The notes: generated from the letters alone by a model not told the origin. Positions 7,436-17,693 are shown, counted from the first letter of the stretch. The stretch: 64,000 nucleotides of DNA from Planctomycetota bacterium (GCA_965223265.1 OZ244999.1:3776001-3840000), one strand, 5' to 3'. A program made the numbers and translations.

Positions 7436-9742
7436 CTATTTCGCGAGGAAGCCGTAGTGCCGCCCCATGTAGTAAGGCAGTAAATAGAACGACCCCTCAT
7501 ACTCGCTGCGGCCGCTTCCTTGCCCGTGGTCGAGGGCGAAGTGGTCGCTGTTGATGCGAATGTGTGATCGCTCGTCGACGGGGATGGCGTCGCCTGAGCG
7601 CGACCAGCCGTATCCAGGCCGTTGTCCGGGAGTGGGATCGAGCGCGATGTCGAGACGATGGCTGTTTTTCATCTCCCAGCCGATGAGCAGCCACGGCGTG
7701 TCGCGAAGCGTACGAACAGCGTTGGCAAGCAATCTTTCGCGGTCAGGCTCGCCCTGGCGAAAAATCAGGCTCGGAGCGGGGGACCGCAGCGCGGCGTAGA
7801 CGAAGTTGAAGAACGGATCGTTCTGCCGACTGACAAAAAGCCAATTGCGGTCAAGGCTCGACTCGTAGATCCGTCGCAGCTTGGGGTCTGACTCGTACTT
7901 CACCAAGCCGTAGTAGCTCAAGAACGCAAGGTTGTTGTCCCAGGCGACGACGTGCCGCGGCGGAAAGACCGCACGACCCGTGATGGCGACGATATGGTAA
8001 GCGTGCTCGTCGCGGAGGTAGGCCGCGGCGGCTGCGTATTTGTCATCACCGGTGATGTGGAGAGCGACGTTGAGAAACGAGAGGATCTCGACAGCTTGCA
8101 GCCCACGGTCTGCCCAGCCGCGCGCGGAATTGACGTACTCAGGCGACCAGTTCGCCCAGCGCGTCGGCAGACCATCATGATCGATGAGGCGATAGCCGCC
8201 CTCGATGATGTGATCGGTCATCGCGCGGACGAGTGCGCGCACCTCAGCCCGCTCCTCATCAGTTTCAGCGACGTGGTCATAATAGGCGGCGAAAAAGAAA
8301 TAGTGACCGCAGATCTCGTCGGAGCTGGTGTCACACTTCCACCAGTACTTTCCATCGGCGCTCTTTGGCCAGCGCGGCAGAATCTCCTTCCAGTACGGGT
8401 CTCGCTCCTTGTGGCGACGGTTGTACTCGACGTCGAATCGAATGTTCGGATCTTCGCGGCCATCGACCGGAAGAATCGAACGGGCGGGAAAACCGCTCAT
8501 CGGTGTGATGTCAACAAGCGACTTGAGCGCCCGAAAACAGCGTTTCGCGCGCTCTTTCGCCACCGATTCGCGCGTCGCGGCGTAGCGAAAAGTCTGCGAC
8601 GCACCGTACGTCGCCGTGTAGAGACCATCGTTGTCTGTATCGCGGATGTACGTTTTTTCGAGGTTGCCAGGCTCCTCGAGGACGCAGCGGACCACGAAAT
8701 CGAGTCTCCGATGCCTTTGATCGACGATCGCTTCGAAGTGCTGCGCCTTCCGCGCCAGAGTCATCTCGCGCCGCTCGATTCGGCTGACGCCCTTGGGCGT
8801 CGCAATCCATGCCGTTCCGTTTGGCGCGACGGCGATGTCACTCACTCGATCATCGGCAAGCCAACGATCGCGCGCTCGGTAGCGCCAGCGTTTGCCATCG
8901 TAGCGAAAGGCGCCTCGAGTCGTGCCGAACCACACAGTACCATTCGGGCCGGTCGCGGCACACGTGAACTGGTTGTAAGGGAGTCCCTCGTCGCCGGTGT
9001 AGAGATTCCACGCGCCGTTTCGTAGTTTCCCTGCGCCTTCCCTTGCGCCGAACCATAGACCATCGTCAGTGGCGACGACAGCCGCAACGTCGCGCGGCAC
9101 CCAGCTTCGGCGCGTGTCGGCGGGCAGCAGATGCTCGTACGTCCATCCCTCGGAGTCCGAACCCGTCGCAGCGAAGAGCCCCGAGGTGGTACCGACGTAG
9201 AGCCGACGAGATGTGGCGGCGACCGCGAGAACGGCTGAGGGCAGCTCAAGGGGCTTGACCATCGCTCGCCCGGCGCTCACGAAGTGGACACTTTGACCGA
9301 CCCCGACGGCGACGCCCACCCCAGTGGGCGTCAGCGACACTGCGACACTCTCAGCTCCTTCATCGCGAAACTCGCCCACGTCGACCCAGCCAGTGGCGTC
9401 TCGCCGCGCCAGGCGACGGCGGCCGAGCGCCCAAAGGCGGTCACGACTGAAGGTGAGCCGCACGACAGCAAACGTCGGGGAGTCGATCGCTGCCCACGAG
9501 GCGCCGTCGAAGCGAGCCAAGCCAGCGCGAGTGGCAGCTGTCGGGCGCCCACGTTCGTCCAGCGCCACGGCTGCGACGTCGGCGTCCGGAAGACCGTCTC
9601 GGACGGCAAAGCGGGTGACGACATCCTGATCAAATGTCTCACCTGCTCGGGCACCACCCAACGGCGCTGCGCCCTGAATCAGTAGCACGAACACGATCGT
9701 GACGTGTCGCGCCGACATGGTGATGACTGTCTGGGTCTTCAT
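7436..9742 (-). CDS. Secreted protein: regulator-propeller repeats plus putative (alpha/alpha) toroid hydrolase-like domain
   Basis: DGLPDADV, GDEGLPYN, VWFGT and AWIAT propeller repeats; helical C-terminal half with DNDGLYT and DTSSDE acidic motifs. Confidence 0.7.
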   Translation of the reverse strand: MKTQTVITMSARHVTIVFVLLIQGAAPLGGARAGETFDQDVVTRFAVRDGLPDADVAAVALDERGRPTAATRAGLARFDGASWAAIDSPTFAVVRLTFSRDRLWALGRRRLARRDATGWVDVGEFRDEGAESVAVSLTPTGVGVAVGVGQSVHFVSAGRAMVKPLELPSAVLAVAATSRRLYVGTTSGLFAATGSDSEGWTYEHLLPADTRRSWVPRDVAAVVATDDGLWFGAREGAGKLRNGAWNLYTGDEGLPYNQFTCAATGPNGTVWFGTTRGAFRYDGKRWRYRARDRWLADDRVSDIAVAPNGTAWIATPKGVSRIERREMTLARKAQHFEAIVDQRHRRLDFVVRCVLEEPGNLEKTYIRDTDNDGLYTATYGASQTFRYAATRESVAKERAKRCFRALKSLVDITPMSGFPARSILPVDGREDPNIRFDVEYNRRHKERDPYWKEILPRWPKSADGKYWWKCDTSSDEICGHYFFFAAYYDHVAETDEERAEVRALVRAMTDHIIEGGYRLIDHDGLPTRWANWSPEYVNSARGWADRGLQAVEILSFLNVALHITGDDKYAAAAAYLRDEHAYHIVAITGRAVFPPRHVVAWDNNLAFLSYYGLVKYESDPKLRRIYESSLDRNWLFVSRQNDPFFNFVYAALRSPAPSLIFRQGEPDRERLLANAVRTLRDTPWLLIGWEMKNSHRLDIALDPTPGQRPGYGWSRSGDAIPVDERSHIRINSDHFALDHGQGSGRSEYEGSFYLLPYYMGRHYGFLAK

Positions 9743-9914
9743 CTTGATTGCTTCGCATCCTAAACACCTTCCGCCTCGTCCCCCAACGCCTTTTCGGCCC
9801 CGCTTCTGTCGGCGCGCGACCCGATCGAGGTGGGCATTGACTTTTCGCCCCCCTTCTGAGATTCTCTTCTTCGTGGCAAATGTGTGAAAGGCGGCAGATC
9901 AGGGAGGTCCAACG

Positions 9915-12500
9915 ATGGGCGACCTACGGCGCGAAGTGTCCAGACATAGCGTGTCCAGACATAGCGCAGCTTCAACGGCAGCGATGCCAGTAACCACGGG
10001 AGGCGGAGAGGCTCGATCCGCGCTGCTCATGCAGCCGGCCAAGGCGTGGAGCGTTTTCGTTTTCGGGGCACTATTTCCTGCCATCGCAGTGGGAGCGGAA
10101 TCGGTATTCCGCGTGCTCAGGGAGTTCTTTGTCGACGTCATGCCCACCTGGACGCACCTGATCTGCGGCTCCGTCGCACTCGCGCTGTGTGCCTGCGCTC
10201 CGTGGCTTCGCGTTGGCATGCTCAAGCGGCCGGTGGTGGGTTTCGTCATACGCTGCGCTGCGGGCTTCTCGGTGGGGATGTCTGCGTTTTACTTTTTCTT
10301 TCTGCTCCCCATCCTCCCTATCGCGCTCTTCGGAACACTCTTCTTCGGGGTCGGCTTGCTAGGTTTCGCTCCACTCGCCCTCTTCTGTTTCTCCCTGGCA
10401 ACAAGCAACGCCATTGGGACGGTCGAAACGCCGCACCGTCGACTGCACTGGGCGGTGGGCGTCACCGCCGCGATCCTCGCCGTGTTCTTTCTTGAGGGGT
10501 CCTTCCTACGCTCTTGGAGCGTCCTCAATTCCGCGCAGGTGACGACTCCGAGTGTCCGCTTAGCTGAGCTTCGGCGCTCGGTCGGTCGGGAAGAACTCGC
10601 ATCGGCCTGCCGCGGACAACGCTATTCCCGCAGCCTTCTGGCGTCGTTTCGCGAAAACAACATGACTTCCATCGGAGGATTCGGGCGCCGGATCACATCG
10701 CCCCGACCGCTCTACTACCGAGTCACAGGCGAGCCGCTCGAAAACGTCGACCTCACCAACCACGCACCGTTCGCGTCCTGGAGCACCAATTCCCGCAGGC
10801 CAGACCCGGAGCTGGACATCCATCAGGCGACGAGCCGCGTGGGCCACCCGGTCTCTGGACTTTCGCTATCGGAGAGCTCGCTTGAGGGAACGATCGACAA
10901 CGATGCCGCCGTCGCGACGCTGGCGTGGACTTTGGTCTTTCGCAACGACCACGCACGTCTGCCCCGCGAAGCTCGAGCACGGGTGAAACTCCCGACCGGA
11001 GGAGTCGTGAGCGGCGTGACGGCGTGGATGCACGGCAAACCTCGTGAGGCGGCTTTCGGCTCGATGGCTCGCGTCGAGAGCGCTTACAAATCGGTCGTGC
11101 CAGAACGACAGTGGCGCTTGGAAGACCGAGACCCTCTTCTCGTCCTGCACGACGGTCCGGATCGCGTGCGGCTCCAATGCTATCCCGTTCCCGCAGGTGG
11201 CAGGACCATGCGCATCCGGATCGAGGTGACGGCGCCGTGCCACATCGACGCGTCGGGTACCGCGACGCTCGCACCGCCGCGATTCCTGGAAACGAACTTT
11301 CGCTCCCGTGGCTCCTTTCGCCACCAACTCGCCTTCAATGCATCGGGGCCCATTGAGCGCGTACGGCTCGCGGCCAACCAGGCAAAACTCCGCTCAGAAG
11401 TGGTGGGGGGCATACACCGCCTACGCGGTGAGTTGACGCGACGCGAGCTGAGTTCGGGAGGTGTGCTCGTGCGCGTCGATCGGACAGACGCACCAGAAGT
11501 TGTTTGGTGTCGTAATCCTCTGGCGAACAAACAGGAGTCGGCGTCAACCTTTGTCGTCCAAGAGCTACGAAGAGTTCGCAGCGAGCCGCCACGCCGCGTC
11601 GCTGTCGTCGTCGACACCTCAGGAGCAATGCGCCCCTACTTGCATTCGGTCGCAGACGCATTTCGGGACGTCTCCCCTGACATCCGCTGGCAGCTCGTGA
11701 TCGCCGGCGACAATGTCGACGTCTTTGAGCCAAAGAGCGAGGCGGAACGCAGTGCCCCCGGCGCGTTTCTCGAGTCTGTGATCGCCGCACAAGAGGCGGT
11801 GGGCGGACGGGACAACGCCGCGGCCGTCAGACGCGCGCGTCAGTTCGCGAAGACTCCGGCCGACATCACGCTGTGGATTCATAGTGGGCAGCCCGAAACC
11901 CTCGGACCGGATGCCAATCTCCTCAGTGGCGAGCCAGAAGCGGGCCGCGGCGTTCGAATGGACCACGAATCGTCCGAAGGGCGGGTCGTCGAGCTTCAGG
12001 TTTGCGGCGGTCGCAGCATCGTCCTCGAGCAGTTCGACTCGATTCTCTCGATCGAAAGCCTTGCCAGCACCGGATCGCCGCAGCGGGACCTCGAATCCTT
12101 CATGGCACACTGGTCTGCCGGTGCCGAAGTGGTGGAGGTGATGCGTCGACGCACAGAGACTCGACCTGATGGGATGGCGACCACACCGACACTGGCGCTA
12201 CTTGAGGCGAAAAATCGCGTCGAGAGGATGGCTCGGTCCCAGCAGACTCACCGTGATGCGGCGCGCCTCGCCGTAGAGAGCCGACTGGTCACGAGGGTCT
12301 CCGGCGCTGTGGTCTTGGAAACCGATGAAGAGTACGACGCACACGGACTCAAGCGACCGCCGGAGGCCGTTGAATTGAGCCGCGGTCCAGCCCTGCCGGA
12401 GCCGGAAGTTGTTGCGCTCCTTGTCGTCACGGCACTCATTGCCGCTGGACTCCTCGCGCGCGAACTTCGCAGCCGCTACCGGGTCGCGGCCTCAGGATGA
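9915..12500 (+). CDS. Membrane VIT + vWA domain protein with PEP-CTERM-type sorting signal
   Basis: About 5 N-terminal TMs; VIT-like REARARVKLPTGGVVSGVTAWMHGKPREAAF...RDPLLV; vWA VVVDTSGAM; C-terminal LPEPE + TM + basic tail. Confidence 0.85.
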   Translation: MGDLRREVSRHSVSRHSAASTAAMPVTTGGGEARSALLMQPAKAWSVFVFGALFPAIAVGAESVFRVLREFFVDVMPTWTHLICGSVALALCACAPWLRVGMLKRPVVGFVIRCAAGFSVGMSAFYFFFLLPILPIALFGTLFFGVGLLGFAPLALFCFSLATSNAIGTVETPHRRLHWAVGVTAAILAVFFLEGSFLRSWSVLNSAQVTTPSVRLAELRRSVGREELASACRGQRYSRSLLASFRENNMTSIGGFGRRITSPRPLYYRVTGEPLENVDLTNHAPFASWSTNSRRPDPELDIHQATSRVGHPVSGLSLSESSLEGTIDNDAAVATLAWTLVFRNDHARLPREARARVKLPTGGVVSGVTAWMHGKPREAAFGSMARVESAYKSVVPERQWRLEDRDPLLVLHDGPDRVRLQCYPVPAGGRTMRIRIEVTAPCHIDASGTATLAPPRFLETNFRSRGSFRHQLAFNASGPIERVRLAANQAKLRSEVVGGIHRLRGELTRRELSSGGVLVRVDRTDAPEVVWCRNPLANKQESASTFVVQELRRVRSEPPRRVAVVVDTSGAMRPYLHSVADAFRDVSPDIRWQLVIAGDNVDVFEPKSEAERSAPGAFLESVIAAQEAVGGRDNAAAVRRARQFAKTPADITLWIHSGQPETLGPDANLLSGEPEAGRGVRMDHESSEGRVVELQVCGGRSIVLEQFDSILSIESLASTGSPQRDLESFMAHWSAGAEVVEVMRRRTETRPDGMATTPTLALLEAKNRVERMARSQQTHRDAARLAVESRLVTRVSGAVVLETDEEYDAHGLKRPPEAVELSRGPALPEPEVVALLVVTALIAAGLLARELRSRYRVAASG
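9936..9965 (+). repeat. Perfect 15-bp tandem duplication (GTGTCCAGACATAGC x2), in frame
   Basis: Read directly; encodes VSRHS x2. Confidence 0.9.
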
Positions 12501-13936
12501 AGCCGGTGCTGCTGCTGGCGCTCGGTATTCTCGCCGTCGCGTCAGCACTACCTACCTACTCGAAGCACGTTCTCGCACGCCTCGACGAGGCGACGTGCGT
12601 CGTCGCTCTCGTGACGATCGGCACACTCGCTCTTCTCCGCGTCGCGCAGCATCGTCTCAACCACACCACATGCCAACGAGCGTCCACGTCAACGCGCGGA
12701 GCTTCGCTTGGCGTTGCGGCGGCTCTCGCGTTGGCGTACGGGCTTCTGGCGCCTGTGGTGCCGCCGATTCTCCGCCTGGCGCTCGCGATCCTTGTCCCTA
12801 TGGCGGTGCTCAGTGTCGTTCTTTGGGGGCGCACCCTACAGCTCGGCCTCTTCGGACTTGCCCTCATTTCGTTACCGCAAGTGGACGGTCTTCGAACGCT
12901 CCTGGGGTACCCTCTTCGCGTTGCGGTTGGACGGGCAAGCCTTCCCATTCTTCGACTCTACGGCTACCCGGTCGAGCTCGAAGGAACCGGACTGGTGACG
13001 GGGAACCAGACGATTTGGGTTGACGCACCGTGTAGCGGCATACAGATGCTGTCGATCGGTGGCCTGCTCGCGTCAGGGTTGGTGTTGGCCTACAACCTCG
13101 CCCCGTGGCGGGCTCTCGCCGTAGCGTCGGCTTCGTGCGCGCTACTTTTCGCAGCCAACGTGATGCGCACCGTGTCGCTCTTTCATCTTGAGGTCCAAGG
13201 ACTAGCCGGCGAACGGATCCACGCAGCGATCGGACTTTCTTCCTTTGCGCTAGCAGCCATCATGATCGTCGTGATCGTCTCCTGGGCCAAATCGCATAGT
13301 TCGACTTCCTTTTCCGTCCTCGCTCCCGTACGTCATGTCAAATCCTTCGTCTTCGCGGCGGTCGTCTCGGGTGGTCTCGGTTTTGTGTTACACCCTTCAG
13401 ACGCCCTCGAATCAGGCCTCAACGTGAACATGGAATTCCCCGGCTGGCCGACGCAGCTTCGAGGCGAAGCACTGACGCAAATACCTCTGAGCGATGGTGA
13501 GCGCGCATTCGCAGAGGATTTCCCCGGACACATGGCACGGTTTAAAGCGGGCGACGCCCAGGTGATTCTCCGCTGGGTGACTCGAGTTACGCGGCAAGTG
13601 CACTCAAGCGACGTCTGCTACCGGGCCGCCGGCTTTTCAATCTACGACCGGATGATCGAACGCGAAGGGGGCACCGAAGAAAGCATCGACGGAGTGACTC
13701 ACGGAGTGACTCACGGAGTGACCGAACGATGGTCGACCTTCAGGGCCGAGAAGAATGGCGAACACCACTTGGTCCGCGAGAGAATTCGCGACGAGCAAGG
13801 GCGCCAGTGGACGGACCTCTCATCGTGGCTGTGGCAAGCGGGAGTCGGAAAGCTCGATGGTCCGTGGTGGTCGGAGGTCTGGATCGAGCCAGGGACCGGA
13901 GGCAGCGCGGCGGTAGAGTTCAGCGCGACGCCGTAA
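12497..13936 (+). CDS. Exosortase/archaeosortase family protein with C-terminal extension, dedicated to the adjacent VIT protein
   Basis: Multi-TM; catalytic Cys (VDAPCSG), Arg (ANVMR) and His (IHAAIG); ATGA overlap with the PEP-CTERM gene. Confidence 0.88.
   Translation: MKPVLLLALGILAVASALPTYSKHVLARLDEATCVVALVTIGTLALLRVAQHRLNHTTCQRASTSTRGASLGVAAALALAYGLLAPVVPPILRLALAILVPMAVLSVVLWGRTLQLGLFGLALISLPQVDGLRTLLGYPLRVAVGRASLPILRLYGYPVELEGTGLVTGNQTIWVDAPCSGIQMLSIGGLLASGLVLAYNLAPWRALAVASASCALLFAANVMRTVSLFHLEVQGLAGERIHAAIGLSSFALAAIMIVVIVSWAKSHSSTSFSVLAPVRHVKSFVFAAVVSGGLGFVLHPSDALESGLNVNMEFPGWPTQLRGEALTQIPLSDGERAFAEDFPGHMARFKAGDAQVILRWVTRVTRQVHSSDVCYRAAGFSIYDRMIEREGGTEESIDGVTHGVTHGVTERWSTFRAEKNGEHHLVRERIRDEQGRQWTDLSSWLWQAGVGKLDGPWWSEVWIEPGTGGSAAVEFSATP
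13689..13722 (+). repeat. 12-bp tandem repeat ACGGAGTGACTC x~2.8, in frame
   Basis: Read directly; encodes GVTHGVTHGVT. Confidence 0.9.
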
Positions 13937-14108
13937 CCTATGACGAACATAGCCTAGCGCTAAGCCGGCGCCACCGTTTCGTCAGCCAATCAGATTGGTC
14001 TCTGGGAGAATCGTTGCGATCCTCCGGCGGCCTGGCGTCGCGGCTCGCGACACGTGAACGCGAGAGTCGCGACGGCCATCGCCTATCTGTGAAGCGGCGC
14101 CATTCGCC

Positions 14109-15692
14109 TCACTGCACCTGAAACGAGTAGAGATCCGCTTGCTCGAGGTGAAACCGCAGCCGTACGACCCGACCGCGCAGAGTCCGGAGCGGCCGCGTCC
14201 ACTTGGGCTCGAAACGAATGTCGTCGATGCGGGTGTAGGTCTTGGCGTCGTAGCCCGAGAAACCGAGGATCGGCTGCTCCTGGACGTCGAGAATCTCGAC
14301 TCGCAGGGAACCCGCTTTCGCATCGACGTTGACGACGAGCCGCTCGCCTGCGAGTCGAAACGGACGCGTCACAACCTCGCCGGGTCCGTGGCCGACGTGA
14401 AGGCCGACGAAACCGTCAAGCCGCAGCGTCGCCACGCCGATCGTCGCCGTGCGCTCAAACCAAACCGGCGGCTCAAGCTCGGCCGTCCCATGACGCTCGT
14501 TCGAGCCACTGTAGTAAAGCCAGTGCTTGTCCGCGAACGTGACCACCGTCGAGCTCGGGAACACCGAATCCTTATCGAAGCTTCCAGGCGGGCCGCGCGG
14601 CACGATCGGCCTCCCGGCGTAAACCCACTGGAGGTCCCACGAGGCGCAGTCCCGGCTTGTGGCGATGTAGAACTCCATGACGTCGCGATCGTGACGCCGG
14701 ACGTGATCGCTCTCTCGGCCTTCGCTAATGTCGCCTGGATACTCGTAGACTGACAAAAGTCCGAAGTAAACGCCTTCGTAGATCCAAACTGTCATAGAGT
14801 AAATCTGCCGCCGCAGATACTCCTTCGGACCTTCGCGGTGGAACCACCACTCGCTTACAGTCTCCCAGCGCCCCGGCGCTGCGTGGATGTCCGCGTTCGT
14901 CATGCTACGCGTGCCCCTGACCTCGAAATCCTTCGCCGCGGTGTACGCCACCGGACCACCTCCGGCGCCGAAGTCGGTACGCGTGAACAGCCGATAGGTT
15001 CGCGCCGCACCGTCCCACAGAATCTGGTTGTGGCAGTCCGCAGCGCGATAGGTGACCGGCTTGCCGTCGTTGAGCGGCGTCCAGTGAGTACCGTCGCGCG
15101 AGACCGCAATCCCGGCTGCCATTCCCGGCGCGTCGTAGCCGCCCAGATAGCGGTGCGCAGAGTCCGAGCCGGGACGATTGAGCTCCACAGCAAGGTTGTA
15201 ATCGCCCGCGAAGTTGATGCCGCTCAGCTTCCCCTTAGATTCGAACTTGAGCCCATCGCTCGACTCGGCGTAACCATAACCGTCGCCGCTGGGAAGACGG
15301 TACCACATCTGAAAGCGATCACCGTCGCGTCGCACACTGCCGTAGAAACGCCCTGCCTCAAAGATCGCCCGCGCGCCGTTCTCCTTCGTCACCCGCCCGA
15401 GACTACGTTCGACGCCTGGCATGCGCTCGATGACGTAATCATCGACGAAGAGCTGCTTGGCGGTACCGACCTCAACGAATTCCGTCGGCGCCCGAGTCGA
15501 TTGGCCGGCGAACAGGGTGGTGACAACAAACGCGCAACTGGCGCACGACCAGAAAAAACGCACAGAACCTCCCAATGCCAAAACGCAAGCTCGACCCTTC
15601 AGGTGGGGCACGCGCGCTCCAATGCTCGAACTCATGCTCTCTCCTGCAGCCGCGTCGTTAGAGGCGTCTCTATCCATCAAACGCTCATCCAA
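14109..15692 (-). CDS. Putative five-bladed beta-propeller glycoside hydrolase-like protein (start uncertain)
   Basis: KQLFVDDYVIE, YAESSDGLKF, SRDGTHW, WLYYSG and LRLDGF motifs, plus a C-terminal beta-sandwich ending LYSFQ. Confidence 0.75.
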   Translation of the reverse strand: MDERLMDRDASNDAAAGESMSSSIGARVPHLKGRACVLALGGSVRFFWSCASCAFVVTTLFAGQSTRAPTEFVEVGTAKQLFVDDYVIERMPGVERSLGRVTKENGARAIFEAGRFYGSVRRDGDRFQMWYRLPSGDGYGYAESSDGLKFESKGKLSGINFAGDYNLAVELNRPGSDSAHRYLGGYDAPGMAAGIAVSRDGTHWTPLNDGKPVTYRAADCHNQILWDGAARTYRLFTRTDFGAGGGPVAYTAAKDFEVRGTRSMTNADIHAAPGRWETVSEWWFHREGPKEYLRRQIYSMTVWIYEGVYFGLLSVYEYPGDISEGRESDHVRRHDRDVMEFYIATSRDCASWDLQWVYAGRPIVPRGPPGSFDKDSVFPSSTVVTFADKHWLYYSGSNERHGTAELEPPVWFERTATIGVATLRLDGFVGLHVGHGPGEVVTRPFRLAGERLVVNVDAKAGSLRVEILDVQEQPILGFSGYDAKTYTRIDDIRFEPKWTRPLRTLRGRVVRLRFHLEQADLYSFQVQ

Positions 15693-15698
15693 GCTTCC

Positions 15699-16142
15699 CT
15701 ACTGGCGTACACGGCTTGACTTGACGAACATGACGATCTCTGATCGTCCCGTCCCGCGCCTTCTGAAGAAGTAGAGATCCTTAGACCTCGGCGCAGCCCA
15801 GCCCCACGCGCCTCCGCTCACGAAGCGTTCGAATTGAGCCCAGATAGCCACATTGTGGGGCGGCGAGAACAGCGCCCGTCGCCGGCGATTGCAATCGCCG
15901 TCATCGTGCTGCATCCAGAAACCGACGATCGAGCCGCTGCTAAAAGCGACTCTCGCCTTCTCAACCCACGACGCCTTCAGCTGGTCTGACTCGGCGATCT
16001 CGCCATAGTTCTGCGGCAGCGAATGCAGCGTTTCCACTTCGTCGCGAAACTCCTCCGCTAGCCTCGCCGCTTCTTCGTGCGAGAGGGAGTAGCAACCAAA
16101 AGAAACTGTCGAGATCAACACCAGACTTCCAGTCTGCGTCAT
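15699..16142 (-). CDS. Hypothetical protein, possible lipoprotein
   Basis: GGAGG SD; hydrophobic N-terminus ending SFGC (weak lipobox). Confidence 0.5.
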   Translation of the reverse strand: MTQTGSLVLISTVSFGCYSLSHEEAARLAEEFRDEVETLHSLPQNYGEIAESDQLKASWVEKARVAFSSGSIVGFWMQHDDGDCNRRRRALFSPPHNVAIWAQFERFVSGGAWGWAAPRSKDLYFFRRRGTGRSEIVMFVKSSRVRQ

Positions 16143-16201
16143 TGTCGCCTCCGCGGTCTACGCGATGCGATCAGCCCGACACCCACCCGCAGGACGGAAC
16201 G

Positions 16202-17407
16202 TCAATCGGACGGCTCAGAACTCTGACTCTCCACCAGCCCCGCGGCAAACTGTAGCAAGTCTTCACGCTCTCTCGCGTTCGTCAGCAATCGCGAATAGTT
16301 GCCGGCTTGCTCGCAGAGCGCCGTCAGACTCGGCGCCAACGTCGGCCGCACGTTCGTCGGAGCAAGGTACTTCAGATAGGCGTCAATCGCATCGCTATGG
16401 CGCCCAACGCGATGCAGCAAGTAAACCAGCACCTCTCCGGGAAAATGGCGGCCCTCTTCGTCAGGCGTGTGTCTGTCAGCCGCTTGGGTGAAGTAGCGCA
16501 CCGCACCGTCCACACCCTCGCCGATGAGGGCGCGCAGAAAAATTCGATAGTCGTTGTAGAAGTCTTCGAACGGCGGCACGTCAGGATGCTGAAAGTCGCG
16601 ACCGAGCTTGCGACCGTACTCGGTCATTTGCAGGGCCTTCGAGAGTGCATCATGATCCGTCAAGGAGGCTGCAACCCGGACCACCGACATCAAATGACTG
16701 ACATCGACATGATAGCCAAACCCTTCGAAGAGCCAGTCTCTTCCCTCGATCAGACCGCGAAGATCCGCCTTCGAGAGATCCTCTTCTGGCTTAGGACGAT
16801 CGTCCCGTGACTCGATGTCCGCTCGGACGTTTTCGACCAAGTCGTTATAGAGCCGAGTGACGAGTAGCTCACCGCAGTGCTCTCTGACGTCCCCCTTGTA
16901 TGCGAACTGATGCTCGAAAAGGGTGATCGCCCTGCACACTCCGTAATGTTCTAGTACGAGCTTGTAGCCGTGCTTCGGATTGGCGCCTTGGTTGAGCGCA
17001 ATGTCGACGACCTCGTCGAGTTGGTTGAGTTCGTTCTCATCGTCGCTCTCGGGGTCCATCTGCCACTTCGAGATCGATTCCGCAACCAGCTTCGGCTCGT
17101 CGATCGCACGAAAGTAAGGCCATGCACCCGAGATATTATTGTCCTCAAGATAGAGCTTGCCGACCTTCCGACACACCTCGATGTAGTACTCCTCGACCTC
17201 GCCCTGGACGTGCTCTGGAAGATCGCTGATCGACTCGGTGCCTTGAAGCGGCAACTGCAGCTGATGGCGCTTCTTCATCAGAAGTGCTTCGAAAAGCTGC
17301 GGATACTCCTTCTTGGCCTCGAGGATTTCGATGAGTCGGTCAAACGCAGCATCGACTCCGTCTTCTTCGAGAGTCTTCTCGAGAGCGGAAAACGGATCTT
17401 CGGTCAT
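16202..17407 (-). CDS. All-helical (TPR-like) hypothetical protein
   Basis: 401-aa ORF with GAGGAG SD and amphipathic helical composition. Confidence 0.75.
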   Translation of the reverse strand: MTEDPFSALEKTLEEDGVDAAFDRLIEILEAKKEYPQLFEALLMKKRHQLQLPLQGTESISDLPEHVQGEVEEYYIEVCRKVGKLYLEDNNISGAWPYFRAIDEPKLVAESISKWQMDPESDDENELNQLDEVVDIALNQGANPKHGYKLVLEHYGVCRAITLFEHQFAYKGDVREHCGELLVTRLYNDLVENVRADIESRDDRPKPEEDLSKADLRGLIEGRDWLFEGFGYHVDVSHLMSVVRVAASLTDHDALSKALQMTEYGRKLGRDFQHPDVPPFEDFYNDYRIFLRALIGEGVDGAVRYFTQAADRHTPDEEGRHFPGEVLVYLLHRVGRHSDAIDAYLKYLAPTNVRPTLAPSLTALCEQAGNYSRLLTNAREREDLLQFAAGLVESQSSEPSD

Positions 17408-17603
17408 TGATTCGAAAACTCCTCAAAGCATAGATCGAAAGCGTACGCGTCGGAGCCGCAAACGCATGCGACGCGCTCATGACGGACGAAGGAGAGATCT
17501 GCTTAGGTTTTGAGGCGGCAGGCAAAGGGCGTCAACACGCCGCCGGGACGTGTGGGCCCACGACCTGAGAGGGTCGATGAGGGTGCTGCTCACTCTCGAC
17601 CGT

Positions 17604-17609
17604 ATTATA
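17604..17609 (-). promoter_or_regulatory. Candidate -10 box (TATAAT) about 200 bp upstream of the 401-aa gene
   Basis: Perfect TATAAT in GC-rich intergenic DNA; no good -35 seen. Confidence 0.4.
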
Positions 17610-17693
17610 GCGCCGAAGCTGCGTTGACCCAGAGGTTTACGTGAGCCTGGGGTCGGCGGCAGACGATCGCAGGTGCGGCCTTCGTCGGAGTGG

